Source of the DNA: Pelagomonas calceolata
Lineage: Eukaryota
Length of the DNA stretch: 64,000 bases
NCBI GenBank assembly: GCA_918797485.1
Contig: CAKKNE010000003.1
Location: forward strand, 4,712,001 to 4,776,000
Direction: 5' to 3'
Shown: positions 31,829 to 43,096 of the stretch, piece by piece
Layout: each line of letters opens with the position of its first letter
Numbering within the stretch: the stretch's first letter is position 1
Position numbers and translations under genes: made by a program
The notes under the pieces: generated by a model
The model's input: only the letters and a program-made list of their open reading frames with translations
Databases searched by the model: none
Told to the model about the DNA's origin: nothing

Positions 31829-32135
31829 GGAACAAGCTCCTAAGGGCCTTCTCCCTCCTCAGTCAGGATAACCCAACGAGACTAATCTAAAAAACTAATA
31901 GTACTAGAACCACCTTGCGTCCGGACTCACCTTGCGTCCGCACTCGGATCGTTCATTTCCTTCCGAGTCAGGCTGGCGTACTTTTGGCACTATTTGCCAG
32001 ATACTTGCTTTGCGAGCCCGAGAGGGCGGACCGAGTGCAATCTCGAAGAAATACGTCGCGTTCTTTCGCGGGGCAGTCTACGATTCGCGGGAGTCACAAC
32101 GAGGGCATTGCGCATTGCGGACACGTTCCATGCGA
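31829..32135 (-). mobile_element. Degenerate LINE 3' end, copy 3
   Basis: Minus frame VRNAQCPRCDSRES*; 3' end GAACAAGCTCCTA..CCTTCTCCCT shared with copy 2; internal deletions. Confidence 0.7.
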
Positions 32136-32200
32136 CACTAACTTGTGTCAATGCTATTAGAGGTTCCTTGTGCGTCGCCGCGAGCACCGGCCACGCGCCG

Positions 32201-32924
32201 CTACTGGATGTACTTCGCGAGGAAGCGCTTGTGGAAGTCGTTGCGGATCGTGTCGTTGACGAAGGTCCTGCCCTTCTTCTCCGCCGCGCCGCGCGCCTGG
32301 TGGCGGAAGACGACGTCGTCGTTCCAGCGCCTCTTGACAGCGCCGGACGGCGCCTGCGTGCGAATCAACAGTAAGTCCAAAGGCGCCGTGAAATCGCTCG
32401 CCGGGCGGCGCCGGGTCGAGGAGCGGGTTCGTCGCGGCGGCGGCCTTGGCCGCCGCGGCCTCGTCCTCCTCGCGCCGCCGCTCCGCGTCCCGCTCGGCGC
32501 GGATCTTCTCCAGCTCGGCCCGCAGCGCCGCGCCGTCGTCGTCGTCGTCCGAGTCCGAGTCCGAGTCGGACCCCTCGCCGTCGCTCGCGTCGCGGTCGTC
32601 GTAGGCGTCCAGCGCGCCCGGCGCGACGGCGACGTCGCGGAGCTGGTCCGGCGCCCTGGCGACGCGCGCGTCGGCGGCGAGCAGGAGCTGGCCCTGCGGA
32701 GCCCCGCTCGACCGCTCGGCGGCGTCGAGGCGCGCGGCATAGTCCTCCGGCGTCGCGTCGGCGATGCCCTCGAGCTGGTGCCCCGTCCGGTACTTCATCT
32801 TCAGCTGGTTGGGCACGTCGCGGGCGTGCGCCATCGCCGAGCGCACGCCGCCGCTCGAGTAGACGCCGAACTCGTTGCCATGCTCGCGCGCGGCCGTCCA
32901 GGTCGGTCGGTGGGCCGTCGTCAT
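32201..32924 (-). CDS. CWC15: Spliceosomal protein Cwc15; exons 32924-32412 and 32353-32201
   Basis: [39 protein letters not shown]; exon 2 [12 protein letters not shown]...[19 protein letters not shown]. Confidence 0.95.
32354..32411 (-). mobile_element. Introner-type intron (GC-AG), 5' TIR eroded
   Basis: TSD GCGCCGCC/GCGCCGTC (7/8); 3' end TTGATTCGCACGCAG. Confidence 0.75.
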
Positions 32925-33209
32925 CTTTTTTCTGGTGTTTTACGAGGCCGGCGCCCAAGGGAGTTATGTAGAGACATAGAGCCTCTAGCACAATACCGCG
33001 CGGCAAAAATCATTACTAGTCGAAGAAAAGCCAGAGACTACGTCGTGCACGCCTCGGACGAGGGGGAGTACGGCCCAAATGCGGCGGGCTCTGATTGGCG
33101 ACCCTGCCTCTTGCAAAAGTGGCACTTCAGCGCAGACACAGAGACACGTGCACTTTGCGTCTCTCGCGTTTGCCTTTGGCGGTGCGGACGCCGGGTTCGT
33201 TTGTGCACC

Positions 33210-34847
33210 ATGCGCAGGGCTGTCTTGGCTCTCGCGGCGTGCACGTCGACGGCGCTGATGCCTCCCGTCGGGCCCAGGAGGGCGGACGTCGCGCTCCGGG
33301 CCGAGCGCGTCAACTACTACAACTCGTTGACGCAAGCCGAGAAGCTCGACCAGCTGGGCCGCTGCCGCTTCATGGAGCGGTCCGAGTTCGCGGACGGCTG
33401 CGCCTGCCTCGAGGGCAAGAAGGTCGTGATCGTGGGCTGCGGCGCGCAGGGCCTGAACCAGGGCCTGAACATGCGCGACTCCGGCTGCGACGTCAGTTAC
33501 GCGCTGCGGCAGGTCGCCATCGACCAGAAGCGGGCGTCGTTCGTGAACGCGCAGTCGAACGGGTTCGCGGTCGGGACCTACGACGACCTGATCCCGACGG
33601 CGGACCTCGTGTTGAATTTGACGCCGGACAAGCAGCACACGTCCGTCGTCAACGACGTGATGCCGAAGATGAAGAAGGGCGCCACTCTGGCGTACTCGCA
33701 CGGCTTCAACATCGTCGAGGAGGGCATGAACGTCCGCGACGACCTGACGGTGATCATGGTCGCGCCGAAGTGCCCCGGCACCGAGGTACGGGAGGAGTAC
33801 AAGCGCGGCTTCGGCGTGCCGACGCTCATCGCCGTGCACCCGCCGAACGACCCCGAGGGCAAGGGCTTCGCGCAGGCCAAGGCGTACGCGAGCGCGACGG
33901 GCGGCGACCGCGCCGGCGTCTTAGACTCGTCGTTCGTGGCCGAGGTGAAGTCGGACCTGATGGGCGAGCAGACGATTCTCTGCGGCATGCTGCAGACCGG
34001 CTCCGTTCTGTGCTTCGACAAGATGATCCAGCAGGGGATCGACGCGGGCTACGCCTCGAAGCTGGTCCAGTACGGCTGGGAGACGATCACCGAAGCGTTA
34101 AAGTTCGGCGGCGTCACCGGCATGATGGACCGCCTCGACAACCCGTCGAAGATCAAGGCGTTCGAGCTCAGCGAAGAGCTCAAGGGCATCATGAGCCCGT
34201 TGTACGCGAAGCACCAGGACGACATCATCAGCGGCGCGTTCTCGCGGGGGATGATGGCGGACTGGGACAACGACGACGCCAATTTGCTCAAATGGCGCGC
34301 CGCGACCGCCGAGACGGGCTTCGAGAAGACGCCGGCCGGTTCGCAGGACATCTCGGAGCAGGAGTATTTCGATAATGGGGTGTTGATGGTGGCCATGGTC
34401 AAGGCCGGCGTCGAGCTCGCCTTCGAGAAGATGACCGCCGTCGGCATCAAGGCCGAGTCGGCGTACTACGAGTCGCTGCACGAGACGCCGCTCATCGCGA
34501 ACACGATCGCGCGCAAGAAGCTCTTCGAGATGAACAACGTCATCTCCGACACGGCCGAGTACGGCTGCTACCTCTACGACCAGGCCTGCGCGCCTTTGCT
34601 GGGCGACTTCATGTCCAAAGTGGACCCCACGACGATCGGTGCCAAGTTCAACAACGGAGACAACGGCGTCGACAACGCGAAACTCGTGAACGTCAACGCC
34701 GCGATCCGGGCGCACCCCGTCGAGGTCGTGGGCCGCGAGCTTCGGGGCTACATGTCGGACATGGAGTCGATCTCGGTCGGCGACGCGGCCGCCGTCGCCG
34801 CGCGCGCGGCGGGGCTCGAGTGGGCCGCGACGTCGAACCAGGCCTAG
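33210..34847 (+). CDS. ilvC: Ketol-acid reductoisomerase, long bacterial (class II, E. coli-type) form with probable plastid-targeting presequence
   Basis: [77 protein letters not shown]-terminal [18 protein letters not shown]. Confidence 0.97.
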   Translation: MRRAVLALAACTSTALMPPVGPRRADVALRAERVNYYNSLTQAEKLDQLGRCRFMERSEFADGCACLEGKKVVIVGCGAQGLNQGLNMRDSGCDVSYALRQVAIDQKRASFVNAQSNGFAVGTYDDLIPTADLVLNLTPDKQHTSVVNDVMPKMKKGATLAYSHGFNIVEEGMNVRDDLTVIMVAPKCPGTEVREEYKRGFGVPTLIAVHPPNDPEGKGFAQAKAYASATGGDRAGVLDSSFVAEVKSDLMGEQTILCGMLQTGSVLCFDKMIQQGIDAGYASKLVQYGWETITEALKFGGVTGMMDRLDNPSKIKAFELSEELKGIMSPLYAKHQDDIISGAFSRGMMADWDNDDANLLKWRAATAETGFEKTPAGSQDISEQEYFDNGVLMVAMVKAGVELAFEKMTAVGIKAESAYYESLHETPLIANTIARKKLFEMNNVISDTAEYGCYLYDQACAPLLGDFMSKVDPTTIGAKFNNGDNGVDNAKLVNVNAAIRAHPVEVVGRELRGYMSDMESISVGDAAAVAARAAGLEWAATSNQA

Positions 34848-36726
34848 GTAGAAGCGCCGGCGGCGCGCGCACTTTAAGAAGAGAAAGATACGGGGCGCCC
34901 CTCCTCGAGCCAGTCGACTCGAGAGGCCCCTCCATGCGCTAGCTGGACTCCGTGTGTCGCCTCGGGGATCCTCCGGGGCTAGTGGATGCGCGGGGCAAGA
35001 AGTGGGGCAAGCGGGGCGAAGACCGCGCCGCGGCGCGTGGACCTTGGCGTCCTCCGTCCTCCTCGATTCGTGATGAATTTGACACGTGTATTAAAGAATT
35101 TCGAACGAAGGGCGCCGTGCCGCGGTGAGGGACAGGTGCTCACCGAAGTAATTTGTGCCATGATCCCCCAAAGTTTTCGATCCAGAGCTCTCTGGGGAGC
35201 ACCAAGCACCGCCGCATGCGGTCTAGGGGACCACCCGACCCCAGATCTATCCCGGAGCGAGTCCAGGAGCCGATCTACATCCGAAAAAAGTAAGTAATTT
35301 GGCCCCGATGGAGCCCCGTTCCCGTCGAAAACGTCAATTACCCGAGGGCCCCCAGTAGTCGCCGAAGCGGTCTCGTTGGACCCTATACTACCCCACCGAT
35401 AGTCGATTACAAGTATATGACATTTACACTACGAGAAGGGTACTTTGGGCTGCCCACGCTCGGGACGTGAACATCTTTATCTGGACCTCGCTGAAGTCGG
35501 TCGGTCATGAAAAAAATGATCGCTTCAAGGTCCATGGTGATGTTACACGGGCTGATGGTCGCTGGTCCAAGTAATTTGCCCTTTATGAGCGGGATCGGGG
35601 GGTCGCAAGTCGGACGAGGCGCGGGAGCATTTGGCAATAGGAAATCAAATGTAGTACACGCTCAGGCCGGTTAGCTGGCCCATCCCGTAACTAAAGCGCA
35701 GGAAACATAAATTTATTGTACAAACCACCGGTCTGGGGCCTTTCCGTGGCTCCGTCAACGTACGGTCGCCCGCGGAGAACGGGCAAGTCGGTCGATTGTG
35801 AATAGAACAACGGGATTAGGGTCCATCTGGGTAGTGGCGTCGTTGATAGTCGCGGGTTTGGGTTCTGGCCTCGTCTACACGGAAACGTGGGGGCACGGAT
35901 TCGTCGTTTCGCGCGGCTCTAACGGAGCATCGAACATACCTCGACCTGTGTCCATCCGGCCTAGATGGACTCTACCACTAACAAACGGAAGGAAACGAAC
36001 ATAAACTCGGGAGTTGTCGAGTAGAATTCTTTTCCCGCCCTCCGAGCGCGCGCCGTCGGCTCCGGTTCCGTCGATTGTGAATGAAAACTGGGCTGGAGTT
36101 GATATGATGTACCATTTGGACGGGAGATGGCGGCGCCAAGCGCTGGTGTATTTTGGCAAGTCTTAAGACTCATCCGCGAATGTCGCCGCGGGGCGGTGCG
36201 TTTCAGGAGCCGCGAGGTCTCGCCGAGCGACCACGATGAATCCTGAATTTGGGAAAATATTTATTTGCCCCGCTCACGGGCCTGGTGCTCCGTCTACGTG
36301 GCGTCGTCCGCGTAGAACGACGGCGCGAAGCTTCACAGTGATAGTGGCGTCGCGGATACTCTTCGGTTACGCGTAGGACCCGTTTTAGCGAAGCTGCAGG
36401 GGCTGCTAGGAAACGTGCTAGCGCTCTGTAAGACACTAGGGATGCCCAGGGTAAAAGTTTCATGAGCAGGTAAAATAAATAGTACAGCTTGGAGACAGCG
36501 TGTTTTTTTTTTTAATTGTTTGTACGGTCCGGCGTTTTGAAACGACGCGCGGCAAGGACGCCTGCGCAGCTTTCACTACACGCAAAGCGCTCTCGCGACG
36601 CCCGTGCTGCCGCGGGACACGCGCCGCAGCGCCCGCCGCGGGACGCGCCGCCTGCGACGCCTGCGACGAAACCGAGGTCCGACGCACCGGCCGCCCGCAG
36701 GTCCCTCATCGACGGAGATAAAGGAA

Positions 36727-38303
36727 ATGCGCGTCCTGGCCGCGCTCTGTGTCGTCGCGCTAGACGCAGCGCGCGGCGCCCCCGACGCGGCCCAGGTCGC
36801 CAGGGTCCAGCAGCAAATCGCCGACACGCGACGGGAGATCCTCGAGCTCTACGGGGCGGACCTCGACGGGCTGAGCGAAGGCGTCGTGTTTCCGGGCGGC
36901 CCGCAGGGCCGGCAGCAGCTCGTCGAGCGGTTTCTGCGGGCCTTTGCGCTGGGGGATTCGTTCGTGATCGCGGTCGGCGGCATGAGCGACGTCGCCGGCC
37001 ACGGCAACTACTTCGAGGAGGCGTACCCGAACGTGTGCGGCGACGCGCTGCGGCCGGTCTTCGAGGCCGCGGGCGTGCGCTTCCAGGTGCGGAACATGGC
37101 CATGGGCGGCGTGCCGTCGTTTCCGAACTCGGTGTGCATGGCGGACAACTTCGGGGGCGACGCCGACGTGGTGGTGTGGGACTTCCGGATGGTCGAGCGC
37201 GACGTGCACAAGGGCGAGCTGTTCATCCGGCAGGCGTTGCTCATGCCGCGGGCGCCGTTCGTCATGTACAAGCGCTACCAGTCCTACCTGCGGAAGGACC
37301 TCAAGTACGCGTGGGAGCCGGCGGGGCTGCACGTCGTCGACGAGATGGCGGCCTACAACAAGCTGAAGAAGCGGTCGCCCGCCCTGCAGAACGACCGGTT
37401 CTGCGCCAAGGACCCGTGCCCATGCCCCGGTCAGGTCCGCTGGCACGCCGGCTTCAAGCTGCAGCGGTTCCGCGGGCCCCGGCGTGCAAGTCACGTTTCG
37501 GTGCGCCTTCAAACTGGACGCACCTCCACGATGGCCTAGAGGACGACGCCAGTACTCTCTCGGTCGATAACACTGGTTGATTTGCACGCAGGCGGGCACC
37601 ACATGGCGCTCGCCTACTTGGACCTCTTCGCGGACGCCGTGGCGACGTACGGCGCGCTTCTGGCGGACGGCGGTGCGCCGGGTCCCGACGACGCGCGCTG
37701 GACCATCCGGAGGCGACCCACCTTGCCGGAACCGTTCTCGAAGCCGCTGCAGGCGGCGTTCGGGTCGACGGCGTACCGCTGCGCGATGACGTGGCAGCCG
37801 CGCGTCGGGCGGGGCTTGCTGGACCTGGTGGACCCCCAGCTCGGCATCAACGGCTGGGAGCTCCGCCATCCCTCGGAGCGCACCAAGAAGGTCACCGAGC
37901 AGGGCCAGGGCCAGTGCATAAATCAAATTGTCGCCACCCGATTCCACGTGTTGATTTGTGCACAGGCCAGGGCGCGTGCCACTACCGCGACGAGAAGCGG
38001 AGCCTGGTCGGGAACGCCAAGTCGCACTGGGTCTTTTTCAACGTGCCCGGTGTGCGGGACGGCGGGTCGATCGCCTTCTGCGGCGACTTCGCCTCGCGGA
38101 AGTTCCAGGACTACGCGCTCATCGTCGTGAACCAGGAGGAAGTCATGGGCGAGCTCGAGCCGTGGCTCGAGTCGAAGACGCTGGGCGTCGCGTCGGCGTG
38201 CTTCTCCACGTCGCACAACGTCGTCGAGGGCGACAACGTCGTCGGCTTCCGCGTCGTGTCGGGCGACCTGTCCTTGGCGCTCACGCACCTCGTCTGGACC
38301 TAG
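36727..38303 (+). CDS. Secreted SGNH/GDSL-hydrolase-like protein; exons 36727-37471, 37592-37903, 37966-38303
   Basis: Signal peptide; GGMSDVAGHGN, RNMAMGG, DVVVWDF, WHAG..RGHHMA; frames join across two introners. Confidence 0.65.
37472..37591 (+). mobile_element. Introner-type intron (GC-AG)
   Basis: TSD GCGGGCCC/GCGGGCAC (7/8); ends CGGCGTGCAAGTCA...CACTGGTTGATTTGCACGCAG. Confidence 0.85.
37904..37965 (+). mobile_element. Introner-type intron (GC-AG)
   Basis: Perfect TSD GCCAGGGC; TIR CAGTGCATAAATCAA...TTGATTTGTGCACAG (13/15). Confidence 0.9.
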
Positions 38304-39064
38304 GAGGGCGCGTGTAGGGTCTAGTTTGTGATCTATAGCAAGTTCCATCTCCAGCTCAGCTGATCATCTGTCGGGTCCGAGTCGTCGATGAGCCAGTTTG
38401 AGGGCTACTAGTATATGTCTGGACTGGTTCCTGTAGACAGTCCCACGGGGGGGGGGCTTTAGCACTACTACATGCGCGGCGACCTTGGAATATGATTGAG
38501 CGTCTAAGCCCGCCAGTAAATTACCGTAATTTGTAATTAATGCGGCATTTTACTTTAAGTACAGGGGGCGAAATCTGCGATTTGCGTTTGACACTGGGGC
38601 ACTAGAGCAATATGCAAGAAACTTGAACTTACCGAGGGGAGCCCCTTGGTCCAGACGTATACTATCATACGTATCAGGGCGGGAGCGCCGCGCCCCCGCC
38701 ACGCACCCTAGGGTAGTTGCCCGGCTTGTGGGCGCGTCACCGTGCGCCGGTAATACACAGCTCCACACTACTCTGTAGTTTGCTCTGTAATTGTTTATTA
38801 TGTATTTTACTTGCAATTTTAGACGTTGCGTTTCCAGGCGCTACATACGGGCTTGCTTGCTAGAACTTATCTGCCAAATAAGTAAAAATGCCTGTATAAA
38901 ACGGGTCTTCGACGCCAACCCTCAGAGCTCGAGCTGTCCTGCCTTGGAAAAACCCGTTTTAGCTCTAAATAATTCTTTGGGGCTTAGTGCTATAGCACTA
39001 ATGTCTCGAGAGCCGATTCGACTAATAACGACACGAGCCATCCTCTGAAACACGAACGCCACAT

Positions 39065-40123
39065 ATGCACGCAACGGAGTACACGCTGCCGCGGCGCCCG
39101 GCTCCTCCCCAGGCGCTCGGCACGCCGGTGACCAGCCTGCCCGGCGCGACGCGCGTCGACGAGGTCCCGACGCCCGCGCCGCCCGCCGACGCCGACGCGC
39201 CGCCCGCCCGCGCGTCCGACAAATCGCCGCCGCCGCCGCCGCCGCGCGCGCGGCCCAAGGCGGCGCGGCGGCGCGGCGGCCTCCTCGACGGCGTCGCGGC
39301 GACGGCGGCGTTCGCGACGCGGCACGCGGTCGTGCGGCCGCTGCTCGCGGCCGCGCCCCTGGCGTACCACCTCCTCCCGGAGCACGTGGCGGCGGAGCTC
39401 GTCGCGGACGTGGTGGCGTGCGTCGCGGCGCTGGCGAGCGTCTTCCTCCAGTCGGCCGAGGGCGCGGCGTTCGAGGCGGCGTGCCGCGACGCCTTCGAGG
39501 ACGCGTTCCGCGCGGCGAGCTCGCCCGAGGGCCGCAAGCTGGCCGTCGGCGGGACGACGCTCGCGATCCGGGCGTTCGAGGCGTTCGCCTCGGAGGAGAG
39601 CCGGGCGCTCATGGACGCGGGCGAAGCGGTCGCGCTCGACGCGCTGGACCTGCTCGCCACGCCGGAGGCGCGCGACGCCGTCCGGGGCGCCCGGAGCGCC
39701 CTCGGCGCGCTCGCCGTCGTCCTCGACACGCCGCGGTGCAAGCAGGCCGTGGCGGGCGCCGTCGAGGACATCTGCGAAAATCTGCGCGCGCACCGCGACG
39801 GCGACGACGACCGCCGGCCTCCGCGACGGCCCGCGCGCGTCCCGTCGGACACGTTCGCCGAGGCGCCGTCGTCCTCCGACGAGTCCGACCGCGGGACCCC
39901 GGCCGCGAGCCCCGCGACGGACGCACTCCGCGGCCTGCTCGCGCGGCACCGGCGGCGGGCCGTCGCCGCGCGGCCGCGCTCGCTGTGCCGCCTCGTCGCC
40001 GCGGGCTGCTTCCTCGTCGCCGTGCTCGCCCTCTCGGGCGTCGGCGCCGCGTTCCTCTCGTATCATGTCCTCGGACCACGCGTCGTCCGCGCCTACAACA
40101 TCATCGTCCACGACGAGCTTTGA
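39065..40123 (+). CDS. Hypothetical protein with a C-terminal transmembrane segment
   Basis: 352 aa ORF with host-like codon usage; hydrophobic stretch LVAAGCFLVAVLALSGVGAAFLSY. Confidence 0.6.
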   Translation: MHATEYTLPRRPAPPQALGTPVTSLPGATRVDEVPTPAPPADADAPPARASDKSPPPPPPRARPKAARRRGGLLDGVAATAAFATRHAVVRPLLAAAPLAYHLLPEHVAAELVADVVACVAALASVFLQSAEGAAFEAACRDAFEDAFRAASSPEGRKLAVGGTTLAIRAFEAFASEESRALMDAGEAVALDALDLLATPEARDAVRGARSALGALAVVLDTPRCKQAVAGAVEDICENLRAHRDGDDDRRPPRRPARVPSDTFAEAPSSSDESDRGTPAASPATDALRGLLARHRRRAVAARPRSLCRLVAAGCFLVAVLALSGVGAAFLSYHVLGPRVVRAYNIIVHDEL

Positions 40124-40173
40124 TGAGAGTAAGTAGTCATATTCCTAGTTCCGTGGTGGTACTGCAGAAAAAT

Positions 40174-41639
40174 CTACTTATGGAACGCCGGCGCGGTGAC
40201 GCGTCGCCTCGTCCCGAGGAGCGGCGACGCGGGCCGCGGCGGCTTCGTCGTTCCGCCGCCGCCGCCGGGGACCTGCCGCGTCGACATCGCCGCCCTAGGT
40301 CCGGGCCGAGCGTAGCCGTGACGGTGGGTGATGACGACGGCTCCGTAGTCGGCCGTCGCGGCGTTGGCGCCCTCGTCCTCTCCCGGCACGCGCCGCGGGC
40401 CTTCGCTCCGCGGGCGGGGGCGGTGCTGGCGTTTGTGCTCCTTGGCCTTGTGGGCGCCCTGGGGGCACCACGGCCCGTCCGCGACCGTCTTGACGACGAC
40501 GTCCCGGACCAGCGACGCGTCCGCGGCGTCGGCCCAACCCTCGACGACGTCCACGTACAGGAGACCGCGCCGCTCGTCGTCGACGTCTTCGAGCGCCCCG
40601 TCGACGACGTCGACGGCCGCCTCCCGCACGTCGAGCGCGACCTCGGGCGCCGCGCCGGGCGGCGGGCATGCCACGAACGCGTAGATGGAGCTCTCGAGGA
40701 ACCCCCGTAGCGCGACGTCGCCGCCGAACGCGCGCCCCGCCGCAAGCTGCGCTTGGGCGAGCGCGAGGGCCGCTTGCGAGTCGGCGCACAGGAACGGATC
40801 CCGCGCAGACGCGTCCTCGAGCGACGGCCCGAGCGCCGCGGCGCACGCGCCGCGCCGCGCGACCAGACCCGACGACGCGGCGCTCAGGACGCGCTTTGCG
40901 CGGTCGCCCGGCTCGTCGAGCGCGCGCACCGCGGCGACGCGCGCCCCCCCGCGCCGGGCGAAGACGTCCTCGTCCAGGTCCAGCAGTCGCTCCACGTTTT
41001 CTAGGCTCCCGAGGCACAGGACCACCGCCTCGGTGTCGTCCACACGCGAATCGAGCGCGTCGCGCAGCCGCACGATCGGGTCGTACGCCGGGTAGCCGCC
41101 CCGGGCAAGTTGCTGCCGGTCGTCGAATTTCTTCGCCCAGTCCCGCAGCAGGGGGTTCGGGCCACACCTCGGGTGGTACTGAGAGCAGGGCCGCAGCACC
41201 CCATCATCGCCAGCCTCCAGCCACGGCTCTGAAGGGCCGGTTGGCCCCGCCCCGACCTGTGTGCAAATCAACCGATGCGTCCGACGGACGCTTCGGCGGG
41301 CGCGCTGGCTGAAATCGTGTGGACGGTCTGCGAAGGCGGCCTCATTTTTGATTCCGCGCAGGCCCCGACCTCAACATCCGCCCGGCCGCAATGCGCCAGA
41401 AACTTGCTGATAACTCGTAGCTTGGCTCTCGTGTCGCCGCCCGTGGCTAGCACGTAGCGTAGGTCCACGTTGGGTGCGCTCAGCAGATAGGCGATGGCCC
41501 AGAGGTCGCCGAGGCAATTCGCGAGCTCGCAATCAACGACGACACACGTCCGGCCCGACGACGTGGGCGCCGCCCGATGCTTTTGCACCGTTTCTGTGGT
41601 GGACACCGTGCAAAGGTCTTCCTCGATCAGGTAGCCCAT
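40174..41639 (-). CDS. Divergent inosine/uridine-preferring nucleoside hydrolase-like protein; exons 41639-41370 and 41256-40174
   Basis: VVVDCELANCLGDLWAIAYLLSAPNVDL...GDTRAK...GRADVEVGAG and LCLGSLENV follow the IUNH fold pattern with altered Asp motif. Confidence 0.6.
41257..41369 (-). mobile_element. Introner-type intron (GT-AG)
   Basis: Perfect TSD GTCGGGGC; ends CTGCGCGGAATCAA...GGTTGATTTGCACACAG. Confidence 0.9.
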
Positions 41640-41694
41640 GGTCCCCACAGCGTTGTTACAGCGTCGGCTGCCCGATATGGCGGCGCAGCGTTAC

Positions 41695-41772
41695 GTAAAG
41701 TACCGTACCTACGGTACCTACGGTACCTACCGTAGGTACGGTACCGTAGGTACGGTACCTACGGTACCTACG
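41695..41772. repeat. GGTAC/CCTAC mosaic tract (representative of about 8 in the window)
   Basis: Mixed-orientation TACGGTACC and CGTAGGTAC units; similar tracts at about 7070, 21995, 24030, 28985, 29552, 46350 and 47103. Confidence 0.85.
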
Positions 41773-42146
41773 GAAGCACTGGCAAGGGTCCTAAGCTGCC
41801 ACGCGAGAGGCTGCCCTTGTACCCGGCGAGAGTACTCGAGTGTTGGGATAAAAAGTTGGCAATAGAACAACTGTGTGTGGACTCAGGCTCAAATTAGAGA
41901 GCCTGAGTGGGAGAATACATATCTAAGAGGGGTTTCAAGGAATATTTTCCTTATGTACATACGTATTGTTTGGTTCTCCTAGTAGGTCTACTTCCTACCT
42001 GCGTCTTTCCCCTAGTTGGGGAGCACACCAGTGCTCGTCCGAGGGATTGTGTGCTCCGGGCGCTGAACACGCGTCATCCGCGTGCGTAGACCGCAGAGCT
42101 CTGACTTTCATTCGAAACTCGACACCACAATTGGCTTCTCTGGGCC

Positions 42147-42929
42147 ATGACGACGCCCGTGCCGAGCGGACCAACGTCCGACGGCGAAATCCTCGTCGCC
42201 GGGGCGGGTGACGCGCGGGCGAATGGCGTCTATGCTCGCTGCGGCACACAAAACGACGCCCCGCGGTGGCGGCACGTCGACCGCAGTTGGCTCTGCATCC
42301 TGCGCGACGGCAGCAGCTGGTGGATCGGCGACGAGAGGGCGGCGCGCGAGGACCTGTACTGGATGGACGCGGCCGCGCCGGGCGCCTGGAACGTGTGCCC
42401 GTGCGACGACCGGACGCACCGTCATTTCAAAGGGTCGGCGCCTGCGCCCGCGCTGTCGTGGCACGATCCTCGCGCGCCGACGCCGACGCCGGCCTGCGGC
42501 CGACCTGTTTTCGCGACCGAGGAGTGCCCCGTCTGCCTGGCGCCGCCCGTCGCAGCCGCGCGCGCGCCCTGCGGCCACGTGGCGTGCGCGCTGTGCCTCG
42601 CGCGCGCGCGCGCGCACGCGTCGACCGGCGGGGTCGACGGCTGCATCCGGTGCCCGCTCTGTCGCGCGCCGTTCGCACTCGAGGGGGCGACGCACCTTGC
42701 GTCGAACCGGCCGCTCCTCGAGGCGCTCCCGGCTGTCGCGCGCGACGGCGAGCGGCCGCTCGTCGGCGCGGCGCGCCCACGCGCGCTTTCGAACCCGCTC
42801 TCGCCCTCCACCCGGGCCGCGGCCGCGCGTGGCCCGGCTCCGCCGCAGCCGGCGCCACCGACGCGCCAGCGGCCGTCCGTGGGCCGCCGACTCCGTGCGC
42901 GCCTGGCCGCGCTCGTCCTGGGCCGCTGA
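42147..42929 (+). CDS. RING-HC zinc finger protein
   Basis: CPVC...PCGHVACALC...CPLCR. Confidence 0.8.
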   Translation: MTTPVPSGPTSDGEILVAGAGDARANGVYARCGTQNDAPRWRHVDRSWLCILRDGSSWWIGDERAAREDLYWMDAAAPGAWNVCPCDDRTHRHFKGSAPAPALSWHDPRAPTPTPACGRPVFATEECPVCLAPPVAAARAPCGHVACALCLARARAHASTGGVDGCIRCPLCRAPFALEGATHLASNRPLLEALPAVARDGERPLVGAARPRALSNPLSPSTRAAAARGPAPPQPAPPTRQRPSVGRRLRARLAALVLGR

Positions 42930-43096
42930 CTCGGAGACATCCCGCCCGCCGCCGCGCTTGCCGCGACGGTCACATTTGAAACGCATGCGGTCCATTACTC
43001 GGGACCGGTAAAGTTAAGCCGGAGAGGCCCGGGCGGCCCGGGGCGGGGGGACAGAAAGTTGTCTGCCAGGACACAAATATACACAACAGCCTGTTT

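Noticed and set aside
32145..33209. N-terminal 355 codons of the 900 aa ORF (apparent ilvC fusion)
   Set aside because: Antisense shadow of CWC15 plus intergenic DNA; the true start is ATG 33210 with a signal peptide
34900..36500. Lower-GC 1.6 kb intergenic stretch with short ORFs, possibly a decayed element or pseudogene
   Set aside because: No TIR, TSD, recognisable motif or second copy found by eye
41695..41772. Telomeric repeat interpretation of the GGTAC tracts
   Set aside because: Mixed orientation, interstitial, and unlike TTAGGG-type repeats
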